DNA from: the human T2T-CHM13v2.0 reference genome, Homo sapiens
DNA length: 64,000 nt
Reading direction: 5' to 3' (one strand)
NCBI RefSeq assembly: GCF_009914755.1
Contig: NC_060926.1
Shown here: in pieces, positions 38,684 to 52,884 of the stretch
How the letters are laid out: each line of letters opens with the position of its first letter
Position numbering within the stretch: the first letter of the stretch is position 1
Position numbers and translations under genes: made by a program
The notes under the pieces: model-generated
The model's database searches: none
Told to the model about the DNA's origin: nothing
The model's input: only the letters and a program-made list of their open reading frames with translations

Positions 38684-39159
38684 CCCACATCTCATAAGGA
38701 CAAATAATACTAAAGTAATAATAAGATAGGAAACCATTTTCATAAAGATACCATCATCTTCCAAGGTTCCACCCAACCCTAAAGTGAGATATCCTTCATG
38801 TTATAACATAGAGAATTTTTAGTTCCTCTTTTTATCATCCTCTTTTGCAAGATGATTCTCCGGAGCTAATGCTGGTGTAAGAAATGGGCTTCCCAGATAG
38901 GATCCTCTCTCTGTGATCACCAGTTTTAGTTGCACAAACGTCACATAGAAACTTTTAATTGTAGGCATGCTAGTTTTTTTTTTAATTGGGGGCAGGCAAC
39001 AATTTAGGGTAGGCTTCCCTCTCCCTACTGATCTCTCATAGCATAACTATCTATTCTTCTATTCTCCTCCTACCCCAGGGAATCACCAGGAAGGGGTTGT
39101 TCCTTCTGTTGCATATGTTATCTCATTTAGTTCTCATACCACTTTATGATCTGTTGTTA

Positions 39160-40060
39160 CTCATTTGTACGACAAATTCATTGAGCACCTCCTATGAGCC
39201 AAGTACTATTGCAGGACTGGGAATGTGGCAAAGAACAAAGCAGCCTGCATGCACGTTACGTGGGAAGAGACTAGCAGCAAACCAAATATATGGGCAAATT
39301 ATGTAGTTTTTCTGATAGGATAGCAATTATGGGGAAAATTAAACCAAAGAGAGAGAAGGTGCTGGCTGAGGTGGTTGATTGATTATTGTGAACAGAGCCG
39401 GCAGAGTTTGTGTTATTAAGAAGGTGACCTTTGGGCACAGATCTGAAGGCAATGAGGGAGTCAGCTAAGAGCACAGCTGGAGGAAGAGCATTCCAGGAAG
39501 TGGAAATTGCCAGTACAAAGTCTCTGAGCCTATTTCATATGTTCAAGGAAGGTCAAGGAGGCCAGTGTGGTTACAGTGAAGTGATGGCAGGAGACAAGAA
39601 TAGGACATTTTCTCAGGGGTGGGCACAGATTTCATAGGCACTTGCAGGCAATGTGAGAACTTTAGCTTTTCTGCTAGAAGGATGGGGAGCCACTGGAAAG
39701 TTTTGAGCAGAGGTGTGACATGACATAACTCATGTTTTAAAATTCTTTTGAATTGAAAACAAAAGTAAGTAGTGGGGGCAAGGGCAGAACAAGGAGATCA
39801 GTGAGGAGGCTTTTGCAAGAATCCAAGTCAGAGATAGCAGTGATGAAGGGGCTGTGAAGTAAGCAATTTCTGATCACATTTTGAAGGTAGGGAGGGCTTC
39901 ATTTGCTAATGAATTGGATGTGGGAAAAAGAAATCGATGTTGACTCCAAAAGTTTTGGCCTAAACAATGGAAAAGATGGATTTGCTGAGATTTGTGCATG
40001 TAGCAAGCAAGTTTTTTTTCGGGGGTTTGGGGGTAAGGGCATCAGTTTTGGACATATTAA
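39160..40060 (-). mobile_element. L2 3' fragment
   Basis: ttcattgagcacctcctatgagcc...gggagccactggaaagttttgagcagagg...gactccaaaagttttggcct. Confidence 0.8.
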
Positions 40061-42315
40061 ATAATATCTCCATTGTACTGGTAAGGAAACTATTGCTCAA
40101 GATAATTTAGCTACTGTAGTGATAGAGGTAAGAACAAGATATTAAGGGATTATAGAATAAGGACTCCCCACTCAACTTGGAGTAGGGGGAAGAAAGGTCC
40201 CTAGAAAAGGTAACATTTGAGTTGGGTTTTAAAGAATGGGTAGGAGTTCTTTAGGCAGATTAAGAAAAGAAGAGAGGTCCATTTCCAACAAGAGAAATAG
40301 CCCAAAGGGTAACACATGTTGAACAGGCTGTGTTTAAGTCAGATAAATTACGTGCCTGAGGTCAGAGGTGCTGTTCGTGAGCTTTGTATTAATGTCAGGC
40401 AATTCCTGTTAATGAAAGTCTGTTCTAGCACCCCAATTATGCCCAAATATTTACTTTTTTTTAGGACAACAGAAACCTTTCAAACCCCCTTTGGTTCTTG
40501 TCTCTTGGACCTATCTTAATATCATCAAGCTTCACATTATTTCACCCTTTGGGACAACCTGATTTTCAATCATCCTGTCATCAGGTCATCAGCTCTCCTA
40601 ACCAGAAGAGTTAGTCCATGGAAGTCCTCTTCATTCAGGAACATCTTGAGAGCTGCGTGTTTCCCAGTGGGGTTGCTCATGACAGAACAAAAAGACCTCC
40701 CAGGAATCAGGGTAAACTGAGAAGACATGTTTTAACAACATAGTAGACTGGAGTTGAGGCATGGTGGAGACGGAGCGGGGAAAGACACCAGATAAATTTT
40801 GTCCAAGGTCAAATTTAGGAGCAATATGGGCCAGCGGAATCTTTCATGGGAGGAAGGACACCGACAGACTTGCCCTGTGTTTGGCAGCAACTCACTGGAT
40901 ACTGACGAACTGGTGCTTTTGCATCCCTGGGATTCAGTTCTATTATCTATAAAATGGAAATAATACTAACTCCTTATTCTATTTCAAAGGGATATTGCAA
41001 TTCCTAGAGGGTCTTTTTGTTCTGCCCTGAGTATTTTTAACTTACCATTTTACTTCTGAAAACATCCAGTTCTCAGGATACTCTCAATGCCCAGTGCTTT
41101 AATGGTCAGAAAAGCTGATGACCTAATGACAAGATGGAGTCAGAATCAGGTTATCACAAAGGGTGAAAGAAGGTGAGGCTCAGTGATATTAAGATAGGTC
41201 CAAGAGACCAGAACCAAAGGGGATTTGAAAGTCTTTTCCTGCCCTGCAGGGAAATACAGGTTTAGGCACAACTACTCAGCTAGAACAAGCTCTCTGAGGG
41301 AGATGGCCTGCCATTGTGAGAAGAATGGATTGCTGCTTACGAAGGCACTTTGAAATTTAATATCCCATAATTGAAAGGGATCACTATTGTTTTCTTGTCC
41401 CCGCTAAGACCTTTTTATTTTAACCAACTAAAGAAAATACCAACTTTGAGGATTTCCATTTGCAAGCAGGTCCACGGATGAAGTTAGAGTTCAAGTCTCA
41501 GATCTGATACTAACTAACTGCATGGTCCAAGACCTGTGTTTGATACTCTCCTTTTCCCTCTCTTGCTTCTTTCTTCCTTTTTCACTTTCCCACATTCTTT
41601 CTCTTCGTCTCCTTCTCCCTGCTCTCTGTTCCCTTCAATTTCTCCCACCTTTTTGGTCCATTTGAGAACACCAACCGAGGAAACACTACAGCTATCTATA
41701 ATCTTAGGTTTGAAGTGAAAATGGTAAAGAAAGTTCTAACAAGTTTCATGTATCCATTAACTGAGTATTGAGAACCTACATTTGAAAAGTGTTGTGTGGC
41801 CAGGAGAGCAGAAATATGATCACCAAGCACCAATTTTGTGAAAAAAGCACACATCTATTCACTATCACTCCCACCTGAGGTTGTCATCTCCTACCCTACC
41901 CCCACAACTGAGCTCAGGACTAGCTTAGGAAAGTATCCACGGTTGGCGTGATGATCTAAAGTCTTCTAACTTTTATGGGCTGACCCTGTCTCATCTATGC
42001 TGAAACTGCACCATGAACTTCCTTTTCCTTTTGGTAGGAAATGACTTCTGTCCTCTTAAATGAAAGCAGCTCTCAGCCCAAGCTATGCCAATTGCAAACC
42101 ATTGTGTTCAATGATTTGTCTGTTGAGTTAGAGCTTCAGTAAGAGTGCCCGGATATCCAGTTCCACTGAGGATAATTCGACAATGCATTTGTGTTGTTTG
42201 GCTGGTAGTGCTTCATTGAACCAAGACATCAATTTAGGTCTGGTTCCCTTCTCTTCCCCTTGCTCTCATGTTCTTATCACTCTAAGACCTTCACAAGTGC
42301 TAATTCTTCCTCCAG

Positions 42316-42432
42316 CCTCATGGGACCAGAATCGCATGGGACAGGACTCCTATGTCCTCATGGCCAGCTCTCAGGCGGAGATGGAGGAGTGGGTTAAATT
42401 CCTCAGGAGAGTTGCTGGCACACCCTGTGGAG
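42316..42432 (+). CDS. ARHGAP25: ARHGAP25 coding exon, 117 nt, last strand and C-terminal helix of PH domain
   Basis: ttcttcctccAG|CC TCA...GGA G|gtaagg encodes (A)SWDQNRMGQDSYVLMASSQAEMEEWVKFLRRVAGTPCG, including the conserved PH helix Trp. Phase 1/1. Confidence 0.95.
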
Positions 42433-43479
42433 GTAAGGACCCCTGCAGGCTTTCCTGGGCAGGTGCCTATGACATCTCAGAAAGTAGGAAGTAGCTCCAA
42501 TGTGATAGCTCCTTGAGCAGTGCTCAAGGGAGACAACCAGAAAGCAGTTCTCTGCATGCCCATGGCCAAGTGCTCTGTCAAATGTGGAGGAAAAGTGGGC
42601 TCAGAGCTTCTAGCTTCCCACCCCCTGCGGCACCTGGGTCATCTCAAAGAGCCATCTCCAAATTAACTGGAGGGAAGGCAAGTCTTTTGCAGTGAGTAAA
42701 TGTGTATGATATCTGGAAGTAGTGCTTTCTCCTCTCTGGGCCAAAGTACTCTCATCTGTAAAATGAATGGGTTGGATAAGCTGACCCCGGGTACCCAGCA
42801 GCACTGGCTCACGCAGCACCACGAGTCTGCCTGGTTCTGGGAACTGATGGCAACAGCTATGCTGAAAGCATAAGTTAGACTGCATAAGTCAGCACATGAA
42901 AATAAAGCTACTGTCCAAAAGAGGGATGATCAGACTGGGGAAGGTTCAGGAATTGTGTCTGAAGTCTTGCAGGTGTACAGTGAGTTCAGCATTCAACACT
43001 TTTCTGGGTTTCACAACTCAAGAATTTGAGCTCTCTGGGAATCCTGGTGATGTTTCCACATTTGAGGAGGGTCCTGACTAAAGAAAACGGATGCAAAAAC
43101 TATCTGAAATTAACAAACACGTGAATCTAGTAAGTTTCCCTCCCTTTATAAAAATATGAAAAAACCGACAGGTATGAGTTCTCAAGTTAACATTTTCCTT
43201 CAACTTTTTAGGAGCACGCCTACTTGTGTCAACTCCAGATAACCTTAAATATATAGTTATGTATTGACTGTGTGGCCTGTTATTTTGGAAATTATTTAGG
43301 GAGGCTTTCGTAGTTTGAATATTAAATATTTATTTCATTGGCCTACAGCTTCCTTCAGAAATTTCAAGAATATCACAATAATTTTGTGGAAAGTAAAGAA
43401 AAAATATTCCACCAGAGGCATTTTATGTTTATCTTTCATCTACTGTTTACATCTACACACTTTTTTCAGAATGGCTTAA

Positions 43480-43813
<334 letters not shown>

Positions 43814-44460
43814 TGGAATCTTAATTGATACATTTCAGCATTTATTTGGTTACAAATAGAAATTGTATCCAATGATGTTAAACAACCAAGAAAGATTTGC
43901 TGGTTAGATACATTAGCTTCTCAAAGCAACCAAGAGCAGGAACTGCCAAGAGGTTTTATAAGAGTCTGGGACCAAGAAAGGGGACGTTAGCATTGATTTT
44001 ATCCTGTCTGTTTCTCTGGGAGCACATGACCTGCAGGTACATAATTAGGCCACATGCTGGAAAATCTTAGCTGTGACCATCCTTATTGCGCTGGATTATG
44101 AGATTGTGAGCCACCCTTTTCTGTTTTCTCCAGTCCAGTGCTTTAAGCTATCTGCATAGACAAGGGTAGTGGATGTTGCCTAATCATGCACCTGCTCTCT
44201 GAGTCAAAATGGTATCCGTGTACTTTCACTAGGTTCTGTGGCTACTGTGATGCTTGGCTGAGCCTTGCCGTAGTGAACTGCTGTACTCTGTCATGATACA
44301 CATGGGGATTTCACCCTCACCGCACCCCGAGACCACCACCCTGAGAAGCAAGTCAAGCATGAGTCCTGTAGGCGGTGGAAAGTCCAGCGAAGGGGAAATC
44401 AGAGTGCAACAGCACTTATTTATTCAAAGAACAGTGTTGCCTCTGATACAGCATCTCAGA

Positions 44461-44765
44461 TTATTATTATTATTATTATTTTGAGATGGAGTCTCACTCT
44501 GTCTCCCAGACTGGAGTGCACTGGCATGATCTCGGCTCACTGCAACCTCCGCTTCCAGGGTTTGAGCGATTCTCCTACCTCAGCCTTCTGAACAGCTGGG
44601 ATTACAGGCATGTGCCACCACACCCAGCTAATTTTTGTATATTTAGTAAAGACAGGGTTTCACCTTGTTTTGGCCAGGCTGGTCTCGAACTCCTGACCTT
44701 AGGTGATCCACCACCTCGGCTTCCCAAAGTGCTGGGATTACAGGCATGAGCCACCGTGCCCAGCC
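44461..44765 (-). mobile_element. Alu (AluS-like) with (TTA)n tail
   Basis: (tta)n then gagatggagtctcactc...gagccaccgtgcccagcc. Confidence 0.93.
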
Positions 44766-45169
44766 ACGTTTAAAGTTACTAACCAAAATCATAGATCCCG
44801 GAATGTGAGGGCATTTTTAAGACAGTATAGAGTCTCATTTGAGGCCACTGGACAAATCAGAAATTTGTTCTTCCTATTTGTAAGTTAGGGAATGTTGGCC
44901 TTAAAGGGACAAATGACGTGTCCCGTGGGCCCAGGAGGTGAGGGGCAGGGCCAGGGCTCTTTTGCCACAGCACATTACCACTTGGAAAGAATCTCTAACG
45001 TGGGTTGACTAGATGGGAAAGACATGCCTCCCAAATATTGTGAAGTCACTGAGACATGTGGCTGCCACCTCTTTCTAGCCCTTTGTGAAACTTTCTTTTT
45101 CCAACCAGAGCCTGCCCCCTTCCCACCACCTTCACTACTACCACCCCAAAGGAGATGGAATCCTTTCTT

Positions 45170-45835
45170 GTCAAATTACAGCACTAACCTTGAAACTCAT
45201 CTCCACACGTTCACCCCTGCCTTCTTACAGTCTGTTTTCGACAGAGCGGCCAGAGTGAGCCTGTTAAACCTGTCTTATCAAGATTCTTCTCAGCTCAACA
45301 TTCTCTGATAGCTTCCTTTCTCACTCAGAGTAAAAGTCAAGGCTTTATAATGATCTTACAGTGCACAGTCTGCCCACCGCCTCCCCTCCCGCATTTCCCT
45401 TCTGACCTTCTCCCGTGCTCATTTCACTCTAGCTTCACCAGCCTCCTCAAACATCCTACCCGTGTTCCTGCCTCCAGGCCCTTGCACTTGCTGTTTCCTT
45501 CGCTGGGAATCCTCTTTCCCCAGGTAGCTGCATGGCTTGGTCCCTTACCGTCTTCAGGTCTTTGATCAAACATCACCTTAGTAGGCCTTCCTCTATGATT
45601 CTGTTTAACGTTGGACCCCTTCCTTACCCCTCAGTTCTGCCTCGCTTTGCTCCTTGGCACATAACCTCTTCTAACATGCTAAATATTTCACTCATTTGTT
45701 TTGTTCCTAGCTAGACTCCCCTCACTGGAATGAAAGCTTCAATCTACTTGGCAGGAATTGTTTTTCTCTTTTTTGTGCAGTACCATATCCTAGAATCTAA
45801 ACAGTGCTCAATAAAGATTTATTAATCGAATGGGT
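45170..45835 (+). mobile_element. L2 3' fragment
   Basis: ctcactcagagtaaaagtcaagg...cttgcacttgctgtttcc...gtgctcaataaagattt. Confidence 0.8.
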
Positions 45836-46730
45836 GAAAGAATCAAGTCATTTTCCCATAGCAGCACTATGTTCAGCTCCCTCAGTAGGCTCTTCTCTGT
45901 TAGATGATGATCAGCTTATCTGAGAGATTATTCAGTAAATGGGTTGTGTCCTCTATAATTATAATATCTTCCTCCAAGTATGTCGGTGGTGAGTCTCGGT
46001 GGAGCTCTTTATGGTGCAAAGACCTCCCTTGGAGAATCTGATGAAAGCTATAGAGACTCTCCCCAGAAAAATACCTAGACACAAACAATTTTGCTTCTGA
46101 CAGCAAAACATTTTCAGACACCTGTAGCCCGTCTGTACACCCTAGGGAATGAATCCCAATTTTAAATTTTAGAAGTTACTCTGGTGACAATTGTGCAGAG
46201 CCGATGCCTCTTCTGGCTTGCCGTCCCCTTTTGGGCTCCTTTTCTCCCTTGACTGGAGAGATGGCCCACATAGTCTTCACGGCATTCCCAACTTCTTCCT
46301 CAGGGCTCCTCCTGCCTGTAGCTGGCTCTGAGTGTTCCTCTCACTTTAGAGGGCAGCACATTGGTGTTTCAGCCTTTTTCTTATCAGTGGGCTAATTTCT
46401 TGCCACCCTTCTCTAAGGGCTTGTGACTTCTGACAACTCATTCTCAGCTTACTCCTGCCCATTTCCTCTAAACTACTCCTTCCTTTTAGTAAGGCAGGCA
46501 TGCCTTCTCTGGATCTCCACACTGAAACCTGGTCCCTGTCCCGTCTCCAGGGAGCAAGCAGTCCAAATTGCAAATCATCACACTCTGTCCAGACCTGCTT
46601 TTGTCCTCTTCCTCCGGAGATGAGCCATCTGAAGTTTTGCTCAGGCTATTGCTGAGTGAGGAAACAATGCATTACATTGTTCTCCTTTACCCAACCCAGT
46701 TTTAAAGTCCTGAAACAGGTCCTATGTTTT

Positions 46731-49700
46731 TGAAATTATTATTATTAGTATAAATTTATGGAGTACAGGTGCAGATTTGTTACATGCATAGATTATGTAG
46801 TAGTGGCCAGGTCTTTTAGGGTACCCATCATCCAGATAACACATATTGTACCTATTAAGTGATTTCTCATCATACACCGCCTTCCATCCCCTTATCCTTC
46901 TGAGTTTCTGTTGTCCATAATTCCATACTCTATGTCTGTGTGTACACGTTACTTAGCTCCCACTTATAAGTCAGAACATGTGATATCTTTCTGTGTCTGC
47001 CTTGTTTCACTTAAAAATGGCTTCTAGTTCTATCGATGTTGCTGCAAAAGACATGATTTCATTCTTTGAAATGTCATATTTACTATTCTTTGGCTGAACA
47101 GTAAGTATACCATTGTGTATTTATACCATATTTTCTTCATCCGATCATCTGTTGATGGACAGTTAGGTTGATTCCATATCTTTGCCATTGTAATAATCAT
47201 GTGAGAAACATTCAAGTGCAGGTATCTTTTTGTTATAATGATTTCCTTTCCTTTTGGTGTATACCCAGTAGTGGGATTGCTGGATCAAATGATAGTTTTA
47301 TTTTTAGTTTTCTGAGAAATCTCCATACTGTTTTCCATAGAGGTTGAGCTAATTTGCATTCCCACCAACAGTGTATGTGTTTTCTTTTCTCTGCATCTTG
47401 ACCGACATCTGTTATTTTTTTACTTTTTGGTAATTGCCATTCAGAGTGGCGTAAGGTGCGATCTCATTGTGGTTTTTATTTGCATTTCTCTGATGATTAT
47501 TAATGTTGAGGATTTTTTTCATATGCATGTTTGTCATTTGTATGTCTTCTTTCGCAAATTGTCTGCTCATGTCCTTTACCCACTTTTTAATGGGGTTATT
47601 TTGTTTATTGTTGTTGAGTTATTTGAGCTCCTTGTAGATTCTGGATATTAGTCTTTTATCATATGCATAGTTTGCAGCTATTTTCTCCCATTTAGTAGGT
47701 TGTCTGTTCACTCTGTTGATTCTTTTGCTGTACAGAAGCTTTTTAGCTTAATTAAGTCCTATTTGTTTATTTTTATTTTTGCGGCCTGTGCTTTTGAGGC
47801 CTTAGTCATGAATTCTTTGCCTAGACCAATGTCCAGAAGAGTTTTCCCTTGATTTTATTCTAGCTTTACTCTAGGTTTTACAGTTTCAGATCTTACATTT
47901 AAGTTTTTAATCATCTTGATTTTTGTATATGGTGAGAGATAGGGCTCCAGTTTCATTCTTCAGCATTTGGCAATCAGATTTTCCCAGAACCACTTATTGA
48001 AAAGGGCGTCTTTTCTCCAGGGTATGTTCTTATAGACTTTGTCAAAGATCAGTTGACTATAAATATGTGGCTTTATTGCTGGGTTCTCTATTCTGTTCCA
48101 TTGATCTGTGTGTCTGTTTTTATACCAGTGACATGCTGTTTTGGTTACCATAGCCTTGTAGTATAATTTGAAGTCAAGTAATATGATGCCTCCAGCCTTG
48201 TTCTTTTTGCTTAGGGTTTCTTTGGCTATTTGAGCCCTTTTTTGGTTAAATATAAATTTTAGGTTTTTTTTCTAGTTCTGTGAAGAAATGACGTTGGTAT
48301 TTTGATAGAAATTGCATTGAATCTGTAGATTGCTTTGGGTAGTATGATTATTTTAATGATAATGATTTTCCCAATGCATGAGCATGGGATTTTTTTTATT
48401 TGTGTCATTTACAATTTCTTTTGTCAGTGATTCTGTAGTTTTCCTTGTAGAGATCTTTCATCTCCTTGGTTAAATATATTCCTAGGTATTTTATTTTCTA
48501 TAGCTATTGTAAATCAGAATGCCTTCTTGATTTTGTTTTCAGCTAGATCGTTACTGGTGTATAGAAATGCTACTGATTTTTGTATGTTGATTTTATATCC
48601 TGAAACTTTACTGAAAGCATTTATCAGATCTAAGAGTTTTTTGGTGGAGTCTTTAGGTTTTTCTAGATATAAGATCACATCATCAGCGAATAGGGATAAT
48701 TTGACCTCCTCTTTTCCAATTTGGATACCACTTATTCCTTTCTCTTGCCTGATTACTCTGGGTAGGACTTCCAGTACTCTATTGAGTAGGAATGGTGAAA
48801 GTTGGCATCCCTGTTTTGTTCCAGTTCTTAGAGGGAATACTTTTGACTTTCTCCCATTCAGTATGATGTTGGCTGTGCATTTGTTGCATATGACCTATAT
48901 TATTTTGAGGCACGTTCCTCCTATGCCTAGTTTGTTGAGAATTTTTATTATGAACAGATGCTGAATTTTATCATATGCTTTTTCTGTGTCTGTTGAGATG
49001 ATCATATGGCTTTTGCCTTAATTCTGTTTGTGTGATGTATCACATTTATTGATTTGTGTATATTGAATCATCCTTACATTCCTGATATAAAACTTATTTG
49101 ATCATGGTGTGTTATCTTTTTGATGTGCTGTTGGATTTGGTTTGTTAGTATTTTGTTGAGGATTTTTGAGTCTATATTCATCAGGGATATTGGTCTGTAG
49201 TTTTCTTTTTTGTTGTTGTTATGTCCTTGTCTGGTTTTGGTATCACGGTGATACTGACCCTGCAGAGTGAGTTAGGGAGAATTCTCTCCTTCTCAGTTTT
49301 TTGGAACAGTTTCAGGAGGGTTGGTATTAGAACTTCTTTGTATGTTTGGTACAATTCAACTGTAAATCCATCTGGTCCTGGGTTTTTCTTTTTTGGAAGA
49401 TTTATTGTTACTGATTCAATCTCACTACTCACTGTTGGTCTCTTCAGACTTTCTATTTCTTTCTGCTTCAGTCTTGGGAGGTATATGTTTCTAGGAATTT
49501 ATCCATTTCCTCTAGGTTTTCTAGTTTGTGGGCATCTAGTTGTTAATAATAATCTCTGATGATCTTTTGTATTTCGATGGTATTAGTTGTAATGTCTCCT
49601 TTTTCATTTCTGATTTGTTTGTTTGGATCTCTTTTTTTCTTGGTTAGTCTAGCTAGAAGTCTAACAATTTTGTTTATCTTTTTGAAAAGCCAACTTTTCA

Positions 49701-52579
49701 TTTTGTTGATCCCTTGTATTGTTTCTTTGGTTTCTGTTTCATTTAGTTCTGCTCTGACCTTTGTTATTTCTTTTCTTCTGCTTATTTTGAGTTTGGTCTG
49801 TTCTTGCTTTTCTAGTTTCTTGAGGTTTGAAGTTAGGTTGTTAATTTGTACTCTTTCTACTTTTTGATGTAGGCATTTAATGCTATTAACATCCCTCTTT
49901 GCACTGCTTTTGCAGTAGCCTACAAGTTTTGGTATGTTTTTGTATTTTCATTTGTTTAAAAAATTTTTAGATTTCTATCTTAATTTCTTCATTGACCCAA
50001 TGATCATTCGGTAGCATGTTGTTTAGTTTCCATGTATTTGTGTAGTTTTTGAAGTTCCTCTTGGTATTGATTTCTAGTTTTATTCCACTGTGGTCTGAGA
50101 AGATACTTGATATGATTTCAGTTTTTAAAAATTTTTTGGGACTTGTTTTGTGGCCTGACATATGGCCTGTCTTGGAGACTGTTCCCTGTGTTGTTGAGAA
50201 GAATGTGTATTTTGCAATTGTTATATAGAATGTTCTGTAAAAGTCTATTCATCCCATTTGGTATAAAGTCTAATTTAAGACTTTTAAATTTATTTTCTGT
50301 CTAGATGATCTGGGTAATGCTGAGAATGGGGTGTTGAGTTCCCACTATTACTGTGTTGCTGTCAATCTCTTTTTTAGTTTTAGGTCAGTAATATTTGTTT
50401 CATGAATCTGGATGCTCCGTGTTGAGTGCATATGTATTTAGAATTGTTATATCAGTTCATTCATATAGTTCCAAATGACTCACTTTGTTCATTCCTTTTT
50501 ATTCTTTTTTCTTTATTTTTGCCTGGCTGGATTATTTCAAAATACTTGTATTCAGGTTCTGAAATTCTGCCTTTTGCTTGGTCTAGTCTGCTGTTGCAGC
50601 TTTTGAATGTTTTCTGTAATTCCTCCAATAAATGTATTTTGTTCTAGAATTCCTGTTTGGATTTTTAAAAAGATATCTATCTTCTTGGTAAATTTATCAT
50701 TCATATCCTGAACTGATTTTCTTATTTCTTTGTATTGATTTTAGATTTCTCTTGCATCTAATTAGGCTTCCTTAAAATCAATATTTTGGATTCTTTATCT
50801 GGGATTTTGAGGAGTTTTTTTGGTTAGGAGCTATTGCTAGAGAATTATTGTTTTCCTTTGAGGGTGTCATATTACATTGCTTTTTCGTGCTTCCTGTATT
50901 GTTACATTGATTTCTGCACATCTGAAGCAATAGTCACTTCCTCTTATTTTTGAATTTACATTCATTATGGGGTGGGGACATTTTTTCTTGAAGATGTGAC
51001 TATGATGTTGGTTGGGTAGGGCCATTTGACTTTGCTTCTTAGTGTGTGCAGTGGTGAAGATGCTGTATGATTTCCTTGGTCATAAATAGCCTTAGTGGTA
51101 TCTATGGATTCCTTAGTGTGTTAGGGTGCAGTTATTGGTTACTTTTTCAGGTTTCAGTGGTAGCAGTGGTGGGCCAAGTGTGTTTCTCCTTGAGACCTCA
51201 GGCAGCATATGCTGGCACCTGTACTGGCAGTTCCAGGCAAGTCGATTCTTGGGCCTGTGGGGGGCTTTTTTGGATGCTGATTGTAGTAGTGGTGTACTGG
51301 GCAGGTGAGTGGGCTTTTGACCTTTTGGGCAGCGAGGTTGGTGGGGGCAGTGGGTATAAAGGTGGTCATGAAATGTTCTTCTAGTTCTCAAGCACAGTGC
51401 TTTTGTGTTAGCCGTTGTTTCAAGTTTCAATGGGCTGTGTGGGCCAGCCTCCAGGCTAGTAGATGGTGCTTGCAGGTAACAACGAGCGGTGGGGGTAGCA
51501 TGGAGATTTATGCCCGACCTCTGTTCCCCAGAAGAGGTATTTGGGTAACCCAGGTGGTAGTTGGGTTGTGGAACACCCAGGAGCCTGGATCCCACACTCT
51601 GTCTTGGAGTAGGGGGCAAAGTTGGGCAGAGCTGGACCAAGCAAGCTTGTATTCAGGCCCTCCAATGGCATATGCATGCACCAGCCTTGATTAGGGGGTA
51701 GAGGAAGTCCTTAGGCCGCTTGTGAAATGCTTGGTGAGGGGCAACCTTTGCTGTCCTGAAGTCTTAGGATAGGGAGGATAGGGCTGTCCCAGTGGCCACT
51801 GCTTTGGCCCACAGGAATGAGACTTGCTTTCGTCTCACACCCCAGTCCCAGCAAAGTTCCCTCCTCCATCCTGGCTATGGCAGCCAACTTGGCCACCCAG
51901 TCAGTCCTGGCAGGCTGCACCTAGTCCACAACTCAGTCCTAGGCCATAGGAGATGCCATTCAGCTTAAGGCCAAGCCTCCACAACAACTCTCCTCTTGCT
52001 TAGGACCTGGGATGGTGGTGTGCCTGGTTGCAATGCCAGTGGCTGGAGCCCACTCCACACTTGCTTCTCAGAACGGGCCGCAAGGGTTCATCCCCCGCTC
52101 AAGCCCCAGTCCTGCAAGCACCACCCAAGTTCCCCCATGCACAGCCTGTAAGAGCTCCGATCCAGAATGTTGTCCCACAGCAGCCAGCCAGGTTTCAAAA
52201 AGGGTGTAGGACATTCCCTGGAGCAGTTCCATATCATAGTCTTCTTGCCACTCCCCAGGTTAAGATTCGTGGTGTGGGAGAGTCAAGGTGCTCTCCTACG
52301 GCCTGGATTGTATAATTCCCCAGTGGGAAAGTGGACAGCAGAAAGGCACTCACTCACCCTCTCCCATTTGGGGGATTCGCTCCCCTTTCCCAGCTGGCCT
52401 CAGCCACACAGCTTTCCTGTTTTCTTTCTTCCTGGATTTCAAAGCTTCCTCTCACTTTTTTGTTGAACTCCCAAGTTCTTTCTTGAACACTGCATTTAAA
52501 GTGCAGTTGTCTGCACACTTGCTTGGTTTCTCTAAGCGGATGAGATTACTGGAAATGCTTGTAGTCAGCCATCTTGAAA
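46731..52579 (-). mobile_element. L1 (L1PB-like) with both ends, an internal deletion near 50455, and a degraded TSD
   Basis: 3' end at ~46731, antisense ORF2 to ~50453, abrupt jump to ORF1 5' sequence, then 5'UTR ending gtagtcagccatcttg. Flanks are aaacaggtcctatgtttt / aaaaagatcttgtgtttt|aa. Confidence 0.9.
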
Positions 52580-52884
52580 AAAAAGATCTTGTGTTTTAAG
52601 CATCATTGTGTGTTTGCCAACAGGAAGCATACTGTATGTAAATATTGAATTGTTATATACCTTGGATTTCTTTTCTCCTTTCATTCTTTTAAGTTCTCTG
52701 CACCCTTATGAGCATGATTTCCTAATCCACAGCACAATTTAGCCTGGAGGGGTGTGCAATCATTGTTATTCCATGTGTTCTGGTCTTTCTCACCAGCTAC
52801 ATTTGATATTAAAATAGATGATATTTACTTATTTCCATGAATTCCCTCATCTCTCCTGCCCTCAGCTCCTAACAACAGACAGAT

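Noticed and set aside
51113-51640. 175-aa minus-strand ORF and overlapping ORFs
   Set aside because: Lie within the L1 5'UTR; no recognisable domain.
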